Below, piece by piece: positions 1-10,143 of a stretch of DNA of 64,000 bases. The DNA is from Spirochaetales bacterium (GTDB taxonomy: Bacteria > Spirochaetota > Spirochaetia > JABEVK01), in contig JBAXAI010000005.1 of assembly GCA_037142615.1 (NCBI GenBank), forward strand, positions 32,001 to 96,000, given 5' to 3'. The position numbers and the translations under genes are program-made. Every line of letters starts with the position of its first letter. The first letter of the stretch is position 1. The notes beneath the pieces are model-generated. The model did not search any database and was not told the DNA's origin. It worked only from the letters and a program-made list of their open reading frames with translations.

Positions 1-173
1 TCCGCGGGTGGGGACAGTCCGATGCCGGGCATTTCGGGAATAATGAGCTGATATTGCTGAGCCAGCAGCGGCTCCAAATCACGCCAGATGGTGAATGAGA
101 CTCCCCAACCGTGGATGAGCAGCAGGGGTTCCCCCTTACCCACCAGCCGGTAGTTCAGCAAGCCTTCAACCAC
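1..173 (-). CDS. alpha/beta hydrolase, N-terminal part (runs off window start)
   Basis: Manual translation from GTG 173: MVEGLLNYRLVGKGEPLLLIHGWG...IIPEMPGIGLS. The LLLIHGW and (D/E)xPGxGxS motifs are typical of abhydrolase N-termini. Not in the ORF track. Confidence 0.8.
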   Translation of the reverse strand, partial: MVEGLLNYRLVGKGEPLLLIHGWGVSFTIWRDLEPLLAQQYQLIIPEMPGIGLSPPA

Positions 174-843
174 CGCGTGGCTCCCTGGCCCACGGTGCCA
201 CGTGCTTCTCGAAAAAAGCGTAGACCGCGTAGGCGATGAAAACGGCCCCCAGAACGTCGATGGTGTAGTGAACGTGCATCAGCACCACGGCCAAACCCAT
301 CACAGTGGCCAAGACGAAGACGAGCCCCCGCACCCATAGGTTCTTTTTGATCAGGAACGCGAGGATGAACAAGGAACCCGTGTGACCCGAAGGGAACAGG
401 TCGCGAGTGCCGTAGAAGACGAGGCTGACGTTGAGCGTTGCCGAATCGTCGATTCGAGGAAAAGGGGTCGGCAAAACGGTGCAGAAGAGGAACCCGGCCC
501 GAATGAGGAAGAATACGCCGAGCAGAATGAGCGCCAAAGGGAAGTTCTCGGTATCCCAGAAGAGGAGGTAGGCGATGATAAGCACGAGGGCCAACTGGTC
601 GCCCGCCGAGACCAGTAAGTTGAGGTTGACCGGAGGTATCAGTTGATGGACAAGGTCGGGCAAGGTCTCGGTCGATGCAGGAAAGCTGTTGACAAAGTCA
701 TTGGCAAGCCGGCTCGCCAAGGTTGCCAACACCAGCAGGACAACACCAAGCGCTCCCGGGGCTGGCCGTGCAGCGAGGCCCCGGAGAGCGTTATTTAACA
801 GCGTGGACAAGTTGCACCAACGCCGTACTGAACCACGGCACAT
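166..843 (-). CDS. PAP2-superfamily membrane protein, sphingomyelin-synthase-like
   Basis: DLFPSGHT and HYTIDV motifs, about 6 TM segments. True start is probably nearer 800. Confidence 0.75.
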   Translation of the reverse strand: MCRGSVRRWCNLSTLLNNALRGLAARPAPGALGVVLLVLATLASRLANDFVNSFPASTETLPDLVHQLIPPVNLNLLVSAGDQLALVLIIAYLLFWDTENFPLALILLGVFFLIRAGFLFCTVLPTPFPRIDDSATLNVSLVFYGTRDLFPSGHTGSLFILAFLIKKNLWVRGLVFVLATVMGLAVVLMHVHYTIDVLGAVFIAYAVYAFFEKHVAPWAREPRGG

Positions 844-2692
844 AGGTCACGAGCATAAGGATAGCGAGCTGAATCGCCAAAAACGGGAGCACCGAAACCG
901 TGATTTTTCCGAGTGGCTGCTTGAAGCAGTACGAAGCCAGGTACAGGTTGAGCCCCACTGGTGGCGTCAGGAAGCCGATTTCCATGTTCACGAGAAAAAT
1001 GATGCCGAGGTGGATGGGGTCGATCCCAAAGACGGCACCCATGGGAATGATCAGCGGCGCAACCACCACGATGGCTGAATAAATATCCATGAACATACCG
1101 ACGACGAGCAAGGTCAAGTTCAAGAACGCCAAGAACACCCATGGTTCTGTGATGCTTGTCTTGACCCAAGCCGCCAACTGCGTGGGAAGCTGGGTATCGA
1201 CGATGTAGTACGAAAGCCCGCGCGCAAAGGCCAAAATGACCAGGATGCCCCCCATGATCACCATGGCCTTGGTCATCGCTCGGAACAGATCACGCCACTT
1301 GAGGTCCCGGAGCACGACGACCTGAATGAAGACCGCGTAGGCCGCAGCGGTGGCGGCCGTTTCCGTCAGGTCCATGGCCCCCGAAAAGTAGACGGCGACA
1401 ATCAGGACAGGCAATAGGATATCGAGCAGGCCGTCGCGAAAGGCCTTGAGCGCCTCTTTGAGATGAAAAGGAGTCCGCTCCACCTTGTTCTTGAGGGAGG
1501 TAAAGACCCCAAACAGCGTCATCGCCACAATCATCATGGCACCCGGGATCAGACCGCCGAGAAACATGTCGAGCACCGACACCCGCGACGAACTGCCGTA
1601 CAGGATCATGGGAAGGCTGGGGGGCAAGAGGATGCCAATCGAGCCGCTGGCCGTGAGCAAGCCGATGGCGAACAGCGGACTGTAACCGCTTTTGGTCAGA
1701 ATGAGATAGAGGATCATCCCAAGGGCCAGGATTGTGACGCCCGAAGCCCCGGTAAAGGTCGTGAAGAAGGCAGAAACGGCCACGGTGACAAAAATCAGTC
1801 CCCCGGGCATCCACCCAAACCACGCCCGGAACAGCCGGATGAGCCGCTCGGCCGACTTGCCTTCGGCCAGAATAAAACCCACGAGTGTGAACAGAGGAAT
1901 AGCAGGCATGGAGCCGTCGGTCAGCAGCGTAAACCCTTCACTGGGAATGGTTTCGAGCGCGCCTCCGGTTGGTAGGAACAGAAACCAGGCGATTCCTCCC
2001 AGCACGACAAACAACGGCAGGCCGGCGAAGGCGAGGAGGATGAGCAGGAGGATCCCGGGGATCACCAGCGGCGTCAGACTCGCCGCCCAGAAAGCGACGG
2101 CGTTGTCGTACCAGTCCGGCTGGCCGAAAAGGGCGGTCAGGACGTTGGCGAACGGCTGAAGCGCGAGGTAGGTGCCAAGCAGCACCCCGAAGATGGCGAT
2201 CAGCTTTCCGGTAAGCGACGTCTCGGCCTTGGTGATGAAGCGCACCGTGATGAAGGTCATCCCGATCGGCAGGACAACCGTAAACACCTGGAGCGGCAGA
2301 AATCCAACCAGCGCGCCGGGGGTGAACCCCGTAAGGAACAGAGACAGGGAGCCCCAAACGAACGCTGTGGAAATGGTAACCGCCGCGAAGGAGGTGACCG
2401 CGTGGAGGAGTTTCTTGAGGCGTTCGTTGGCAAAGCTGATGAAAGTGCCAATCGCGAGGTGCTGGCCTTCGCGGGCCGCCAGCATGCCACCGATGAAGGT
2501 GATGTAGAGCATCAGGTGGCGGGTCGTGATCAGGGAACCAGGGATGGGTTCGTTTAAGAACTTGCGTGAAAGGAAGTCAGCGAGCGGCAACAGGAGCAGC
2601 AGGAACAGACTCCCGATGCCAACCCATTCCTCGGCGCGGTGAAAGAATCGGAAGAACTTGCTCTTTGCGGGGGCGCGGAGGATATCACTCAT
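791..2692 (-). CDS. TRAP transporter fused small/large permease (DctQM)
   Basis: AIPLFTLVGFIL, GSIGILLPPSLPMILY and EIGFLTPPVGLNLY motifs. Start MSDILR overlaps the dctP stop (ATGA). Confidence 0.9.
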   Translation of the reverse strand: MSDILRAPAKSKFFRFFHRAEEWVGIGSLFLLLLLPLADFLSRKFLNEPIPGSLITTRHLMLYITFIGGMLAAREGQHLAIGTFISFANERLKKLLHAVTSFAAVTISTAFVWGSLSLFLTGFTPGALVGFLPLQVFTVVLPIGMTFITVRFITKAETSLTGKLIAIFGVLLGTYLALQPFANVLTALFGQPDWYDNAVAFWAASLTPLVIPGILLLILLAFAGLPLFVVLGGIAWFLFLPTGGALETIPSEGFTLLTDGSMPAIPLFTLVGFILAEGKSAERLIRLFRAWFGWMPGGLIFVTVAVSAFFTTFTGASGVTILALGMILYLILTKSGYSPLFAIGLLTASGSIGILLPPSLPMILYGSSSRVSVLDMFLGGLIPGAMMIVAMTLFGVFTSLKNKVERTPFHLKEALKAFRDGLLDILLPVLIVAVYFSGAMDLTETAATAAAYAVFIQVVVLRDLKWRDLFRAMTKAMVIMGGILVILAFARGLSYYIVDTQLPTQLAAWVKTSITEPWVFLAFLNLTLLVVGMFMDIYSAIVVVAPLIIPMGAVFGIDPIHLGIIFLVNMEIGFLTPPVGLNLYLASYCFKQPLGKITVSVLPFLAIQLAILMLVTYVPWFSTALVQLVHAVK

Positions 2693-3693
2693 TTCTTGCG
2701 AAACTCTGCGAGCGAGGCGACCATGACTTCGTAGACTTCTTTGTTGAAGCTCTTGCCGAGCAAGCCCGAGATTCCGGCGTCCACTTCTGCCTTCCAAACG
2801 AGTTCTTCCGCAGGGGTGACCGTCGTCTCGATCAGCCCGTAGGTTTTCATGGTCTTGATCGCGTCGGTTTCCATCTGCTGGATGTCACCGTCGAGCTTCT
2901 GCATGATCGGCGCGGCGGCGGCTTCCAGGGCAGGCTTGAGGTTCGCAGGAATCTTGTCCCACGTCGCCTGGGTAAAAAGGATTCCCCCGAGGAAGGGGGC
3001 AATCCGGATCGAGGCCATGTACTTGGCGATGCCGAACCACTGGAAACCGCCAGTAGCGATGGGGCTGGCGTACAGAGCGTCGATGCGGCCGGAATTGAGC
3101 GCGGTGAGCGTATTGGGCAACTCGACCGGTACTTGGTTGTAGCCCATGGACTGCCAGGCCTCGAACATCTGCTGATCGACAGGGTTGGAAGCGAGCTTGA
3201 GAGGCTTGAGGTCGGCCGGAACCTTGAGCGGCGTCTTGCTGAAGAAGCGTACCCAACCGGCCTTGGACCAGGCAAAGACGTGGAACTTCTGCGCCGCCAC
3301 TTCGGCTTTGAAACGGTCTGAGAGTTTCGAAAGAACGTAGTCGAGCTCGGCGTCGGTGCGGATCATGAAGGGGATGCTGAGGGTCAGGAAGTCCTTGGTG
3401 AGCTCATTGACGCCGAACGACGTCACAACCGCCCCTTGGAGTTGGTTCAAGCGCATCTTGCGGATCGAGTCGGACTCTCCGCCAGCGATGCCGCCATGGT
3501 AGATCTTGAGTTCCACCTGGCCGTTGGAAACGCGTTTCCATTCGGCCGCCAACTTGTTGAGCGATTCACCCCAAGGCGTGGCCTCCGGGGCGACAGAACC
3601 GACCTTGATGACCAAGGGGGCGGCGGAGGCAACAGGAATCGAAAGAGCCGCCACAAGGAGGCCGCACAGCAAGCTTTTGATCGTTCTCGACAC
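2689..3693 (-). CDS. dctP: TRAP transporter substrate-binding protein
   Basis: Signal peptide; IKVGSVAPEATPW and LKIYHGGIAGGE motifs; AAGGAG SD before GTG 3693. Confidence 0.9.
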   Translation of the reverse strand: MSRTIKSLLCGLLVAALSIPVASAAPLVIKVGSVAPEATPWGESLNKLAAEWKRVSNGQVELKIYHGGIAGGESDSIRKMRLNQLQGAVVTSFGVNELTKDFLTLSIPFMIRTDAELDYVLSKLSDRFKAEVAAQKFHVFAWSKAGWVRFFSKTPLKVPADLKPLKLASNPVDQQMFEAWQSMGYNQVPVELPNTLTALNSGRIDALYASPIATGGFQWFGIAKYMASIRIAPFLGGILFTQATWDKIPANLKPALEAAAAPIMQKLDGDIQQMETDAIKTMKTYGLIETTVTPAEELVWKAEVDAGISGLLGKSFNKEVYEVMVASLAEFRKK

Positions 3694-3752
3694 GGAGAAT
3701 CTCCTTCGGAGGGTTAGAGTGAAAAGATTATATCGCAGAGACTTGCGACAGT

Positions 3753-4784
3753 TCAACTCCGCAACTGCCCCGCTGCGAGTCGCCCGGAGCGCCAAGCCCC
3801 TTCCAGCCCCGCCTCGGGACCGAACAATTCGCCAATCAGCGTGAGGGTACCACCGCCCAGGGGCTGAACCAATGGCCGCTGCGCTGTTCCGCTTCCGTCG
3901 AGGCGCGAGTACTGCCAGCGGTGCGAACGGGCGGCAATAGGTGACAACACCCAGTCACCCCACAGGCGGGCGGCGTCGGCCAAGAGCTCGCGGGTCCAGG
4001 TGGCCTTTTCGTCGCCCAGATGTTGTTGCGACCAAGCCGACCGAGCCTGGAACACCAGCGTGGTCGGTCCCGCTTGTGTTGGTCCGGAGGCGTGCTTGGC
4101 TCCTTCGTTGCTGGCCAGCTGCAAAATCCGGCTGTCGGAGGGGTAGGCGACGTCCCAGGTTGGCACCGGCACCCCCTCGGGATAGACGGCCGCGACGGTA
4201 AGGCACGGCAAGGAGGGGTACAAGTCGAGGACGGCGATGAGCGCCAGGGCGACGGGGTTGGCTCCAGCAGTGGCAAGCAGTTGGCGGGTTTGGCCGGGAG
4301 CCAAGGCCAAGATCACGTGGCGAGCCACCAGGGTCTCACCGCCCAAGCGCAGCTCGATGCCCTCGGCATGCGGGGCCAGCGCTGTCACCTCGGCGTTGCA
4401 GCGCAGAACGGCCCCGGCGGCCACCGCGCGCCCGGCCTCGGCCTGAGCCAACCGGTTAAGGCCTCCGCGCAGCGCAAAACGGGTCGTGTTGGCGTGAAAC
4501 GAGCTGGGCTGGCAGGGAGTGCCCTCGCCCTCGACAAGTTGGGGCCACGACCTCCAGGCGTCGCCGCCCGCGTCACGAGCCCACGCCAAAAAGTCAGCTT
4601 TGGAACTCGCCCCGAACACCACGCCGAAGTCGAAACTTTGGCCGTGCAGCTCGCGGGTGGCGAGCCTTCCCCCGGGCTGATACGAGCGCTCCAGGATCAG
4701 CGGCACCTGGCCGGCCTCGGCTAGCGTGCGTGCACACGAAAGCCCTGCGATACCGGCCCCGACAATGACAATCTCGTGCTTCAC
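3753..4784 (-). CDS. FAD/NAD(P)-dependent oxidoreductase (renalase-like)
   Basis: GAGIAGL, GGRLATR, HRWQYS and EGAWRSG motifs. Confidence 0.85.
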   Translation of the reverse strand: MKHEIVIVGAGIAGLSCARTLAEAGQVPLILERSYQPGGRLATRELHGQSFDFGVVFGASSKADFLAWARDAGGDAWRSWPQLVEGEGTPCQPSSFHANTTRFALRGGLNRLAQAEAGRAVAAGAVLRCNAEVTALAPHAEGIELRLGGETLVARHVILALAPGQTRQLLATAGANPVALALIAVLDLYPSLPCLTVAAVYPEGVPVPTWDVAYPSDSRILQLASNEGAKHASGPTQAGPTTLVFQARSAWSQQHLGDEKATWTRELLADAARLWGDWVLSPIAARSHRWQYSRLDGSGTAQRPLVQPLGGGTLTLIGELFGPEAGLEGAWRSGRLAAGQLRS

Positions 4785-4834
4785 AAATTTGCCCTCCCGA
4801 CCGTCGGGAAGTATACTCCGACCGGAGGCCCGCC

Positions 4835-5509
4835 GTGAACACCCTCGAAATCCAAACGCTCGCCGAACTGGTCGAGAGCGACAAATCCCACGAGTGCGCC
4901 GGGGTCGGAAAAGACCACGTTTGCATCAAGGTCGTCGCGGCCGCCAAGCTTCCCTCGCGTTTTGGCGACTTCACCGTGGTCGCCTTCTGGAACAACCGCG
5001 ACAACAAGGAACACGCCGCGTTTGTGCATGGCGACGTGCTGAATCAAGACGACGTGCCCATCCGTATGCATTCCGAGTGCCTTACCGGCGATGCCATAGG
5101 CAGCCTGCGTTGCGACTGCCGCGACCAGCTCGAGGCCTCGCTGATCGCGCTGGGCAAAATGGAGCGCGGCGTGCTGTTTTACCTGCGCCAAGAAGGCCGG
5201 GGCATAGGCCTGCTCAACAAGATCCGCGCCTACACTTTGCAGGACCAGGGCATGGACACCGTCGAGGCCAACCTGGCCCTGGGCTTTCGCGACGACGAGC
5301 GCGACTACAGCATTGCGGCGCACATGATCGGCTCGCTGCGCATCAACAGCGTCCAATTGATGACAAACAACCCCAAAAAGATCGACGGCCTCAAGTCCCT
5401 CGGGGTGAACGTCACCGGCCGCATTCCCTTGATCATTCCGCCCAACCCGCACAACGACTTCTACCTCAAGACCAAGGCAGACAAGTCGGGCCACATGATG
5501 AACGGCTAG
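4835..5509 (+). CDS. ribA: GTP cyclohydrolase II
   Basis: RMHSECLTGD, SLRCDCRDQL, QEGRGIGL and LMTNNPKK motifs. Confidence 0.95.
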   Translation: MNTLEIQTLAELVESDKSHECAGVGKDHVCIKVVAAAKLPSRFGDFTVVAFWNNRDNKEHAAFVHGDVLNQDDVPIRMHSECLTGDAIGSLRCDCRDQLEASLIALGKMERGVLFYLRQEGRGIGLLNKIRAYTLQDQGMDTVEANLALGFRDDERDYSIAAHMIGSLRINSVQLMTNNPKKIDGLKSLGVNVTGRIPLIIPPNPHNDFYLKTKADKSGHMMNG

Positions 5510-6900
5510 CCGACCCTCACCGCCCTGCGCACCTTGCCCTTCACGGGGGTGGTGGTCAGCCCGGCAAACGCCTGGTCGGCCACGTCGGCGCGCACGGCTA
5601 CCCACGTGCCCCACTCCGTGACCTTGATGGTGCCCACCTGGTCGCGGCTCAGCCCCAAGCCGGTGGTGAGCGCCCCCAGCACATCGCCGGGACGGATTTT
5701 GTCCTTTTTACCGTCGAGGAACTTGAGCATGGCCATCGGCGGACGGGGAAGGCGCGAACGCTCGGGACCGGTCTCGGCGGGGGCCGACGGCACAGAATCC
5801 CATTGCGGTCGCAAGCCGGTGAGGTCTTCCACGCGGCGCACCAACGCAACCTCGTGCGGTGACACAAGGCTGACGGCACGGCCAGCCTCGCCCGCTCGCC
5901 CGGTGCGGCCCACCCGGTGCACGTGAACTTCAGGGTCGGGGCTGACGTCGTAATTCACTACCAGGTCAAGCTTTGACACATCGAGCCCGCGCGAGGCCAC
6001 GTCGGTGGCCACCACGATGCTCAGGCAGCGGCCCACGAACAGCGCCATCACCTCGTCGCGGTCGCGCTGCTCCAAATCGCCCGACAAGTCGCGGGCCGAG
6101 AACCCCCGACGCTGCAGGTCGGCCGTCACCTCGCGGCCGGTGGCCTTGGTGTTCACAAACACGAGGGTCGACTCGGGCTGGTATTGCAGCAACAGAGCCG
6201 CCAGCAAGGTGGGCTTGGCCTCGCGGGTCGCCTCGTAAAACGACTGCACGGTGGTGGCGGTGTCGGCAGCGCTGACGTTCACTCGCACCGGATCGGTCAA
6301 GAAGGGTGCGGCGATCGCTTCGATTTCGGGCGGGTACGTCGCCGAGAACAGCAGAGTCTGCCGGTCGAAGGGGCACTCGCGGGCCACGGCGGCCATGTCG
6401 TCGGCAAAGCCCATTTCGAGCATGCGGTCGGCCTCGTCGAGCACCAAGTTGCGCAGCCCGTCGAGGTTCAAACTGCCGCGCCTCAAATGATCCAGAATCC
6501 GCCCCGGGGTTCCCACCACCACATGCGCCCCGTGAGCCAGACTATCGAGTTGGCCTTTGACGGGCACGCCGCCGCACAACGTGACGACCTTGAGGTTGGC
6601 AACGCTGCGGCCGAGTTTGCGCACTTCGATGGCCACTTGGTCGGCCAGTTCGCGGGTGGGGCACAGCACGAGCGCCTGCACGCCGAAAAAGCGGGGGTTG
6701 AGGCGGGTGAGCAACCCGAGGGCAAAGACCGCGGTCTTGCCGCTGCCGGTGGCGGCCTGGCCGATCAGGTCACGCCCGCCCAGAACCGAGGGCAAAGCCG
6801 CCTGCTGAATGGGCGTCAGGGTGGTGAAGCCCAACTGTGCCAACGTCCCGGAAAAGCCGGAAGGTAGCGCCAAGGAAGTAAAGGCGCGCGACGAGGGCAC
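5506..6900 (-). CDS. dbpA: ATP-dependent RNA helicase DbpA
   Basis: Q motif, TGSGKT, PTRELA, DEAD, SAT, HRVGRTGRAG and a C-terminal GKKDKIRPGD domain. Start (GTG 6900) is approximate. Confidence 0.92.
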   Translation of the reverse strand: MPSSRAFTSLALPSGFSGTLAQLGFTTLTPIQQAALPSVLGGRDLIGQAATGSGKTAVFALGLLTRLNPRFFGVQALVLCPTRELADQVAIEVRKLGRSVANLKVVTLCGGVPVKGQLDSLAHGAHVVVGTPGRILDHLRRGSLNLDGLRNLVLDEADRMLEMGFADDMAAVARECPFDRQTLLFSATYPPEIEAIAAPFLTDPVRVNVSAADTATTVQSFYEATREAKPTLLAALLLQYQPESTLVFVNTKATGREVTADLQRRGFSARDLSGDLEQRDRDEVMALFVGRCLSIVVATDVASRGLDVSKLDLVVNYDVSPDPEVHVHRVGRTGRAGEAGRAVSLVSPHEVALVRRVEDLTGLRPQWDSVPSAPAETGPERSRLPRPPMAMLKFLDGKKDKIRPGDVLGALTTGLGLSRDQVGTIKVTEWGTWVAVRADVADQAFAGLTTTPVKGKVRRAVRVG

Positions 6901-6922
6901 GCTCTGGGTGTATTCTGTTGTT

Positions 6923-7066
6923 ATGTCAGCCACAATTTGGTTCCTGCTGGGGATAGTTGCTTTGATCGGCGGGGTCGTCACCACCATAGTCCGCGGCATC
7001 CGAAAGGGGAAGGACCTGCCTCCGCCCGATCCGGCGAAACTACGCCCGTGGAATGACGAGAAGTAA
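6923..7066 (+). CDS. small single-TM membrane protein (47 aa)
   Basis: Hydrophobic N-terminus followed by a charged tail. TATTCT lies 6 nt upstream of the ATG. Fills the intergenic gap. Confidence 0.6.
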   Translation: MSATIWFLLGIVALIGGVVTTIVRGIRKGKDLPPPDPAKLRPWNDEK

Positions 7067-7088
7067 CACCACCAGAGTTAGCTCAAGG

Positions 7089-8483
7089 CTAGCTGTACAG
7101 CGCCCGGTAAAGCCCGGTGAAGCGGTCAAAGTACTCGTCGATCACCGGCCAGGGCGACGGTAGAAAACGTGTGAACTCCTCGTGCGGGGTCAGGCTGACG
7201 CCAACGGCTTCGGCGCCCAACAAGGCAGCACCGCGGGCTGAGATGTCCCCTTGCGTCGAGACCGACAACTCCACCTGGAGCACGTTGGCGAGCATCTGGT
7301 TCCAGTAATTGTAGCGGGTGCTGCCGCCGACAATCCGGTAGTGCAACACCCCTTCGGTTCCCATGGTCTGCAGCCCAAGCCTTACGGTGCAGGCCACGCC
7401 AAGGAGGGCCGCATGCAACAGGTCGACGGGTTGGTGGTGTAGGCCCAACCCCGACCAAGCGGCGCGGGCGTTGGGATTGAGGTGCGGCGTGCGCTCGCCG
7501 GCAAGGTAGGGCAAGAACAACAGGTCGAGTGGTGACTTCGCGGCGCTGGCCTGCTCATAAAACTCGGGCCAGTCAAGGCCCACGGTTCGGCGCACCCATT
7601 CTAGGGCGACGCCCCCGTTGAGCATCCCAGCCATCTGGTAGAAGACGCCGGAACGCACGCTTTCGAACACGTTCAGCCCAGGATGGAAGGGGGGAAGCTC
7701 GTGAAGCAGGCGGACCACCTGAGTACCCGAACCGATGCTGATCTGCACCGTATCGCTCACAGGCAAGCCTGAACCAAAGATGGCTGCGGGTGTATCGCCT
7801 GCGCCAACGCCCACGGTTACTCCGGCTCGCAGACCTGTGAGGCGGGCTCCCTCGGGGCTGACCACTCCGGCTAGCGCGGCACTATCGAGGATGGGCGGCA
7901 ACTTGGCAACGTCGAGGCCGAGGCTCGTCAGCAGGTCGCTCATCCAGACCCCGCGCGTCAGGTCGTACATCAGCGTGCCGCTGGCGTCGGAGCGGTCGGT
8001 GCCGATCTGGCCAGTCAAGATCCAGCGCAGGTAGTCCTTCGGAGTCAAAAAAACGTCAGTTTCGCGGTAGAGCGCGGGCTCGTTCTCTTTGAGCCAAAGG
8101 ATCGACGTGATCGCCATGCCGCTGGCCCAGGAGTTGCGCACCCGGCGCAGGGGCTCGGGCCCTAGCTGTGTCAAACGGCCCAAGACATCTTTGCCTCGCT
8201 GGTCGGCCCAAAGGATGGCCGGGTACAACGCCCCGCGCTTCCAACTGCAGGCAACGACGCCGTGCATTTGCCCCGAAAGCCCGATCGAGTCGAGCCGCTG
8301 GGCAGGGAGCTTGGCTGTCAGCACCCGCAAGGCCGACAGCCACTCGGTCGTGTCGGTCTCGGCGTAGCCAGGCTTGGGAGCATTAACCAGGTACGGTTGC
8401 GCCCAAGTCTGCTCGGTGGTGTCGGACGACAACAGGAGAAGTTTGACCGAACCGGTGCCGAGGTCGATGCCGAGGTGGTTCAT
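7089..8483 (-). CDS. FGGY-family sugar kinase (xylulokinase-like)
   Basis: GIDLGTGSVK, GLSGQMHG, ILWADQR and FLPYLAGERTP motifs. Confidence 0.9.
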   Translation of the reverse strand: MNHLGIDLGTGSVKLLLLSSDTTEQTWAQPYLVNAPKPGYAETDTTEWLSALRVLTAKLPAQRLDSIGLSGQMHGVVACSWKRGALYPAILWADQRGKDVLGRLTQLGPEPLRRVRNSWASGMAITSILWLKENEPALYRETDVFLTPKDYLRWILTGQIGTDRSDASGTLMYDLTRGVWMSDLLTSLGLDVAKLPPILDSAALAGVVSPEGARLTGLRAGVTVGVGAGDTPAAIFGSGLPVSDTVQISIGSGTQVVRLLHELPPFHPGLNVFESVRSGVFYQMAGMLNGGVALEWVRRTVGLDWPEFYEQASAAKSPLDLLFLPYLAGERTPHLNPNARAAWSGLGLHHQPVDLLHAALLGVACTVRLGLQTMGTEGVLHYRIVGGSTRYNYWNQMLANVLQVELSVSTQGDISARGAALLGAEAVGVSLTPHEEFTRFLPSPWPVIDEYFDRFTGLYRALYS

Positions 8484-8490
8484 GGTCGCC

Positions 8491-9063
8491 TTAGGCGAAC
8501 GACCCCATCACTCCTTCGAGGTTCGTGTGACGCTTCTGCATCTCGTCCATGGAGACTTTGCGCTTCTCGATGAGGAGCATGACGATAATATCTTCAAACA
8601 GGAACAGCGCTTGCTCGAGCAACGAGGCCATCGGCTGCACCGAGGCGATCTCGGGGGGCGTGCCGAAAATCTGGCCTGGAACGGTGACCTTGACGTCGGC
8701 GTACTTGCCCTGCTCGTACTCGGGGTGCGCGGTGATGATAGCCACTCGTGCGCCGGCCTTTTTGGCCCGCTGGATGATGCCCAGGTCGATCTCGGTGACC
8801 GCGCAGTTGACGATCAGCAGGTCGCCCTTGCCGATCACGGGAGTAGTGGTGTCGAACACCACGTAGGCGTCGAAGCCCATGTGCTTGAGGCGCATGGCGA
8901 AGCCGCGCATCGAGGCCGTCATGCGTCCCATGGCGAACAGCTGGATGACTTTGGCCTTCTCGATCTCTTCGATCAGTTGGGCGATTTCTTTTTCCGAAAC
9001 GGCCTCGAGGACCTTTCGGTTTTCGTCGACGACGATCTTGGTTAGTTCCTGATAGCGGCTCAT
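8491..9063 (-). CDS. SIS-domain protein, 6-phospho-3-hexuloisomerase (HxlB)-like
   Basis: FAMRLKHMG, QPMASLLEQ and RHTNLE motifs. Confidence 0.85.
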   Translation of the reverse strand: MSRYQELTKIVVDENRKVLEAVSEKEIAQLIEEIEKAKVIQLFAMGRMTASMRGFAMRLKHMGFDAYVVFDTTTPVIGKGDLLIVNCAVTEIDLGIIQRAKKAGARVAIITAHPEYEQGKYADVKVTVPGQIFGTPPEIASVQPMASLLEQALFLFEDIIVMLLIEKRKVSMDEMQKRHTNLEGVMGSFA

Positions 9064-9099
9064 ACGGGTGTCTCCTTTTGGGGTCTGGGCGGTGGTAGT

Positions 9100-10143
9100 C
9101 TAGGCTGCGAGAGATTTAGCGCGTTTTCCGGGATTCTTGGCGCGGTACGAACGGTAGGCGATGACGCCGATCAGCAACGCTCCCCACAAGCCGAGCGTCA
9201 GGAACGAGCTGATCGACAGCAGGTTGAGCCCGCTGGTGATGGCCTGCATGATCAGAAGCGCCATCACAAGGCCCAGGACCTTGCCAAAGCCGCCGTCGGG
9301 GTCGGTGCCGCCGAGCACCGCGATGAGCACGGTGACCAGCAGGAGCGACGTGCCCTGACGGGCGTTGGCCGAAGAGAAGCGAGACAGCATGATGATGGCG
9401 GCAAACCCGACCAGAAGGCCCGAGAGCATGTAAGTCTTGATGATGACACGGTCGATGTTGACGGCTGAAAAACTGGTCGCCGTTTGGTTCGAACCCAGCA
9501 TGTACAACTGGCGTCCAAACGGGCGACGCTGTAGTACATAGGCAATGACGATGGCGACAACAACAAACAAGATCAGCGCGTAGGGTATCCCAAAAAAGGA
9601 ACCCGCCGCGATGTTGAGAAACTCTTCGGGCATGCCCGAAATCACGTAGCCCTTGGTGATGGCCAGCGTCAGCCCCTCGTACAGGATCATCGTTCCCAGG
9701 GTTGCCAACACGGGAGTGATTTTGAGTTTGGCGATCAGGAGGCCGTTGAACCAGCCGAGCAGCACCGAAAAGAGCAGGCCGCCGACAATGGTGACAACAA
9801 TCAACGGGATCGTCATTCCGGCGGCGGCGGCTCCCGGGCCGAAGGTGACGAACGTCACGGCCATGCCCACGCCCACCAAATTGGCGCTGCTGATGATCGA
9901 CAGGTTGATGCCGGCCGTGAGCATGGTCACCATCATCGCCAGCGACAAGAGGCCCAGTTCGGGAATCTGCGCCGCCATGGCTCCGAAGTTTTCGACGGAG
10001 AGAAAGTGAATGTTGCCCTCAGACACGATTTCGGTGGCGATGGAAAGAACCGCGACCACCCCGAGCAACAGAAACGGCAGAGCCGCCATTTCAGCGTTGC
10101 GGCGGCCCCAGCCTCGTGAGGCTTCGAGAATCTTATTGAGCAT
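9100..10143 (-). CDS. sugar ABC transporter permease
   Basis: GINLS, PVLATLGTM and GRQLYMLGSN motifs. Confidence 0.92.
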   Translation of the reverse strand: MLNKILEASRGWGRRNAEMAALPFLLLGVVAVLSIATEIVSEGNIHFLSVENFGAMAAQIPELGLLSLAMMVTMLTAGINLSIISSANLVGVGMAVTFVTFGPGAAAAGMTIPLIVVTIVGGLLFSVLLGWFNGLLIAKLKITPVLATLGTMILYEGLTLAITKGYVISGMPEEFLNIAAGSFFGIPYALILFVVVAIVIAYVLQRRPFGRQLYMLGSNQTATSFSAVNIDRVIIKTYMLSGLLVGFAAIIMLSRFSSANARQGTSLLLVTVLIAVLGGTDPDGGFGKVLGLVMALLIMQAITSGLNLLSISSFLTLGLWGALLIGVIAYRSYRAKNPGKRAKSLAA

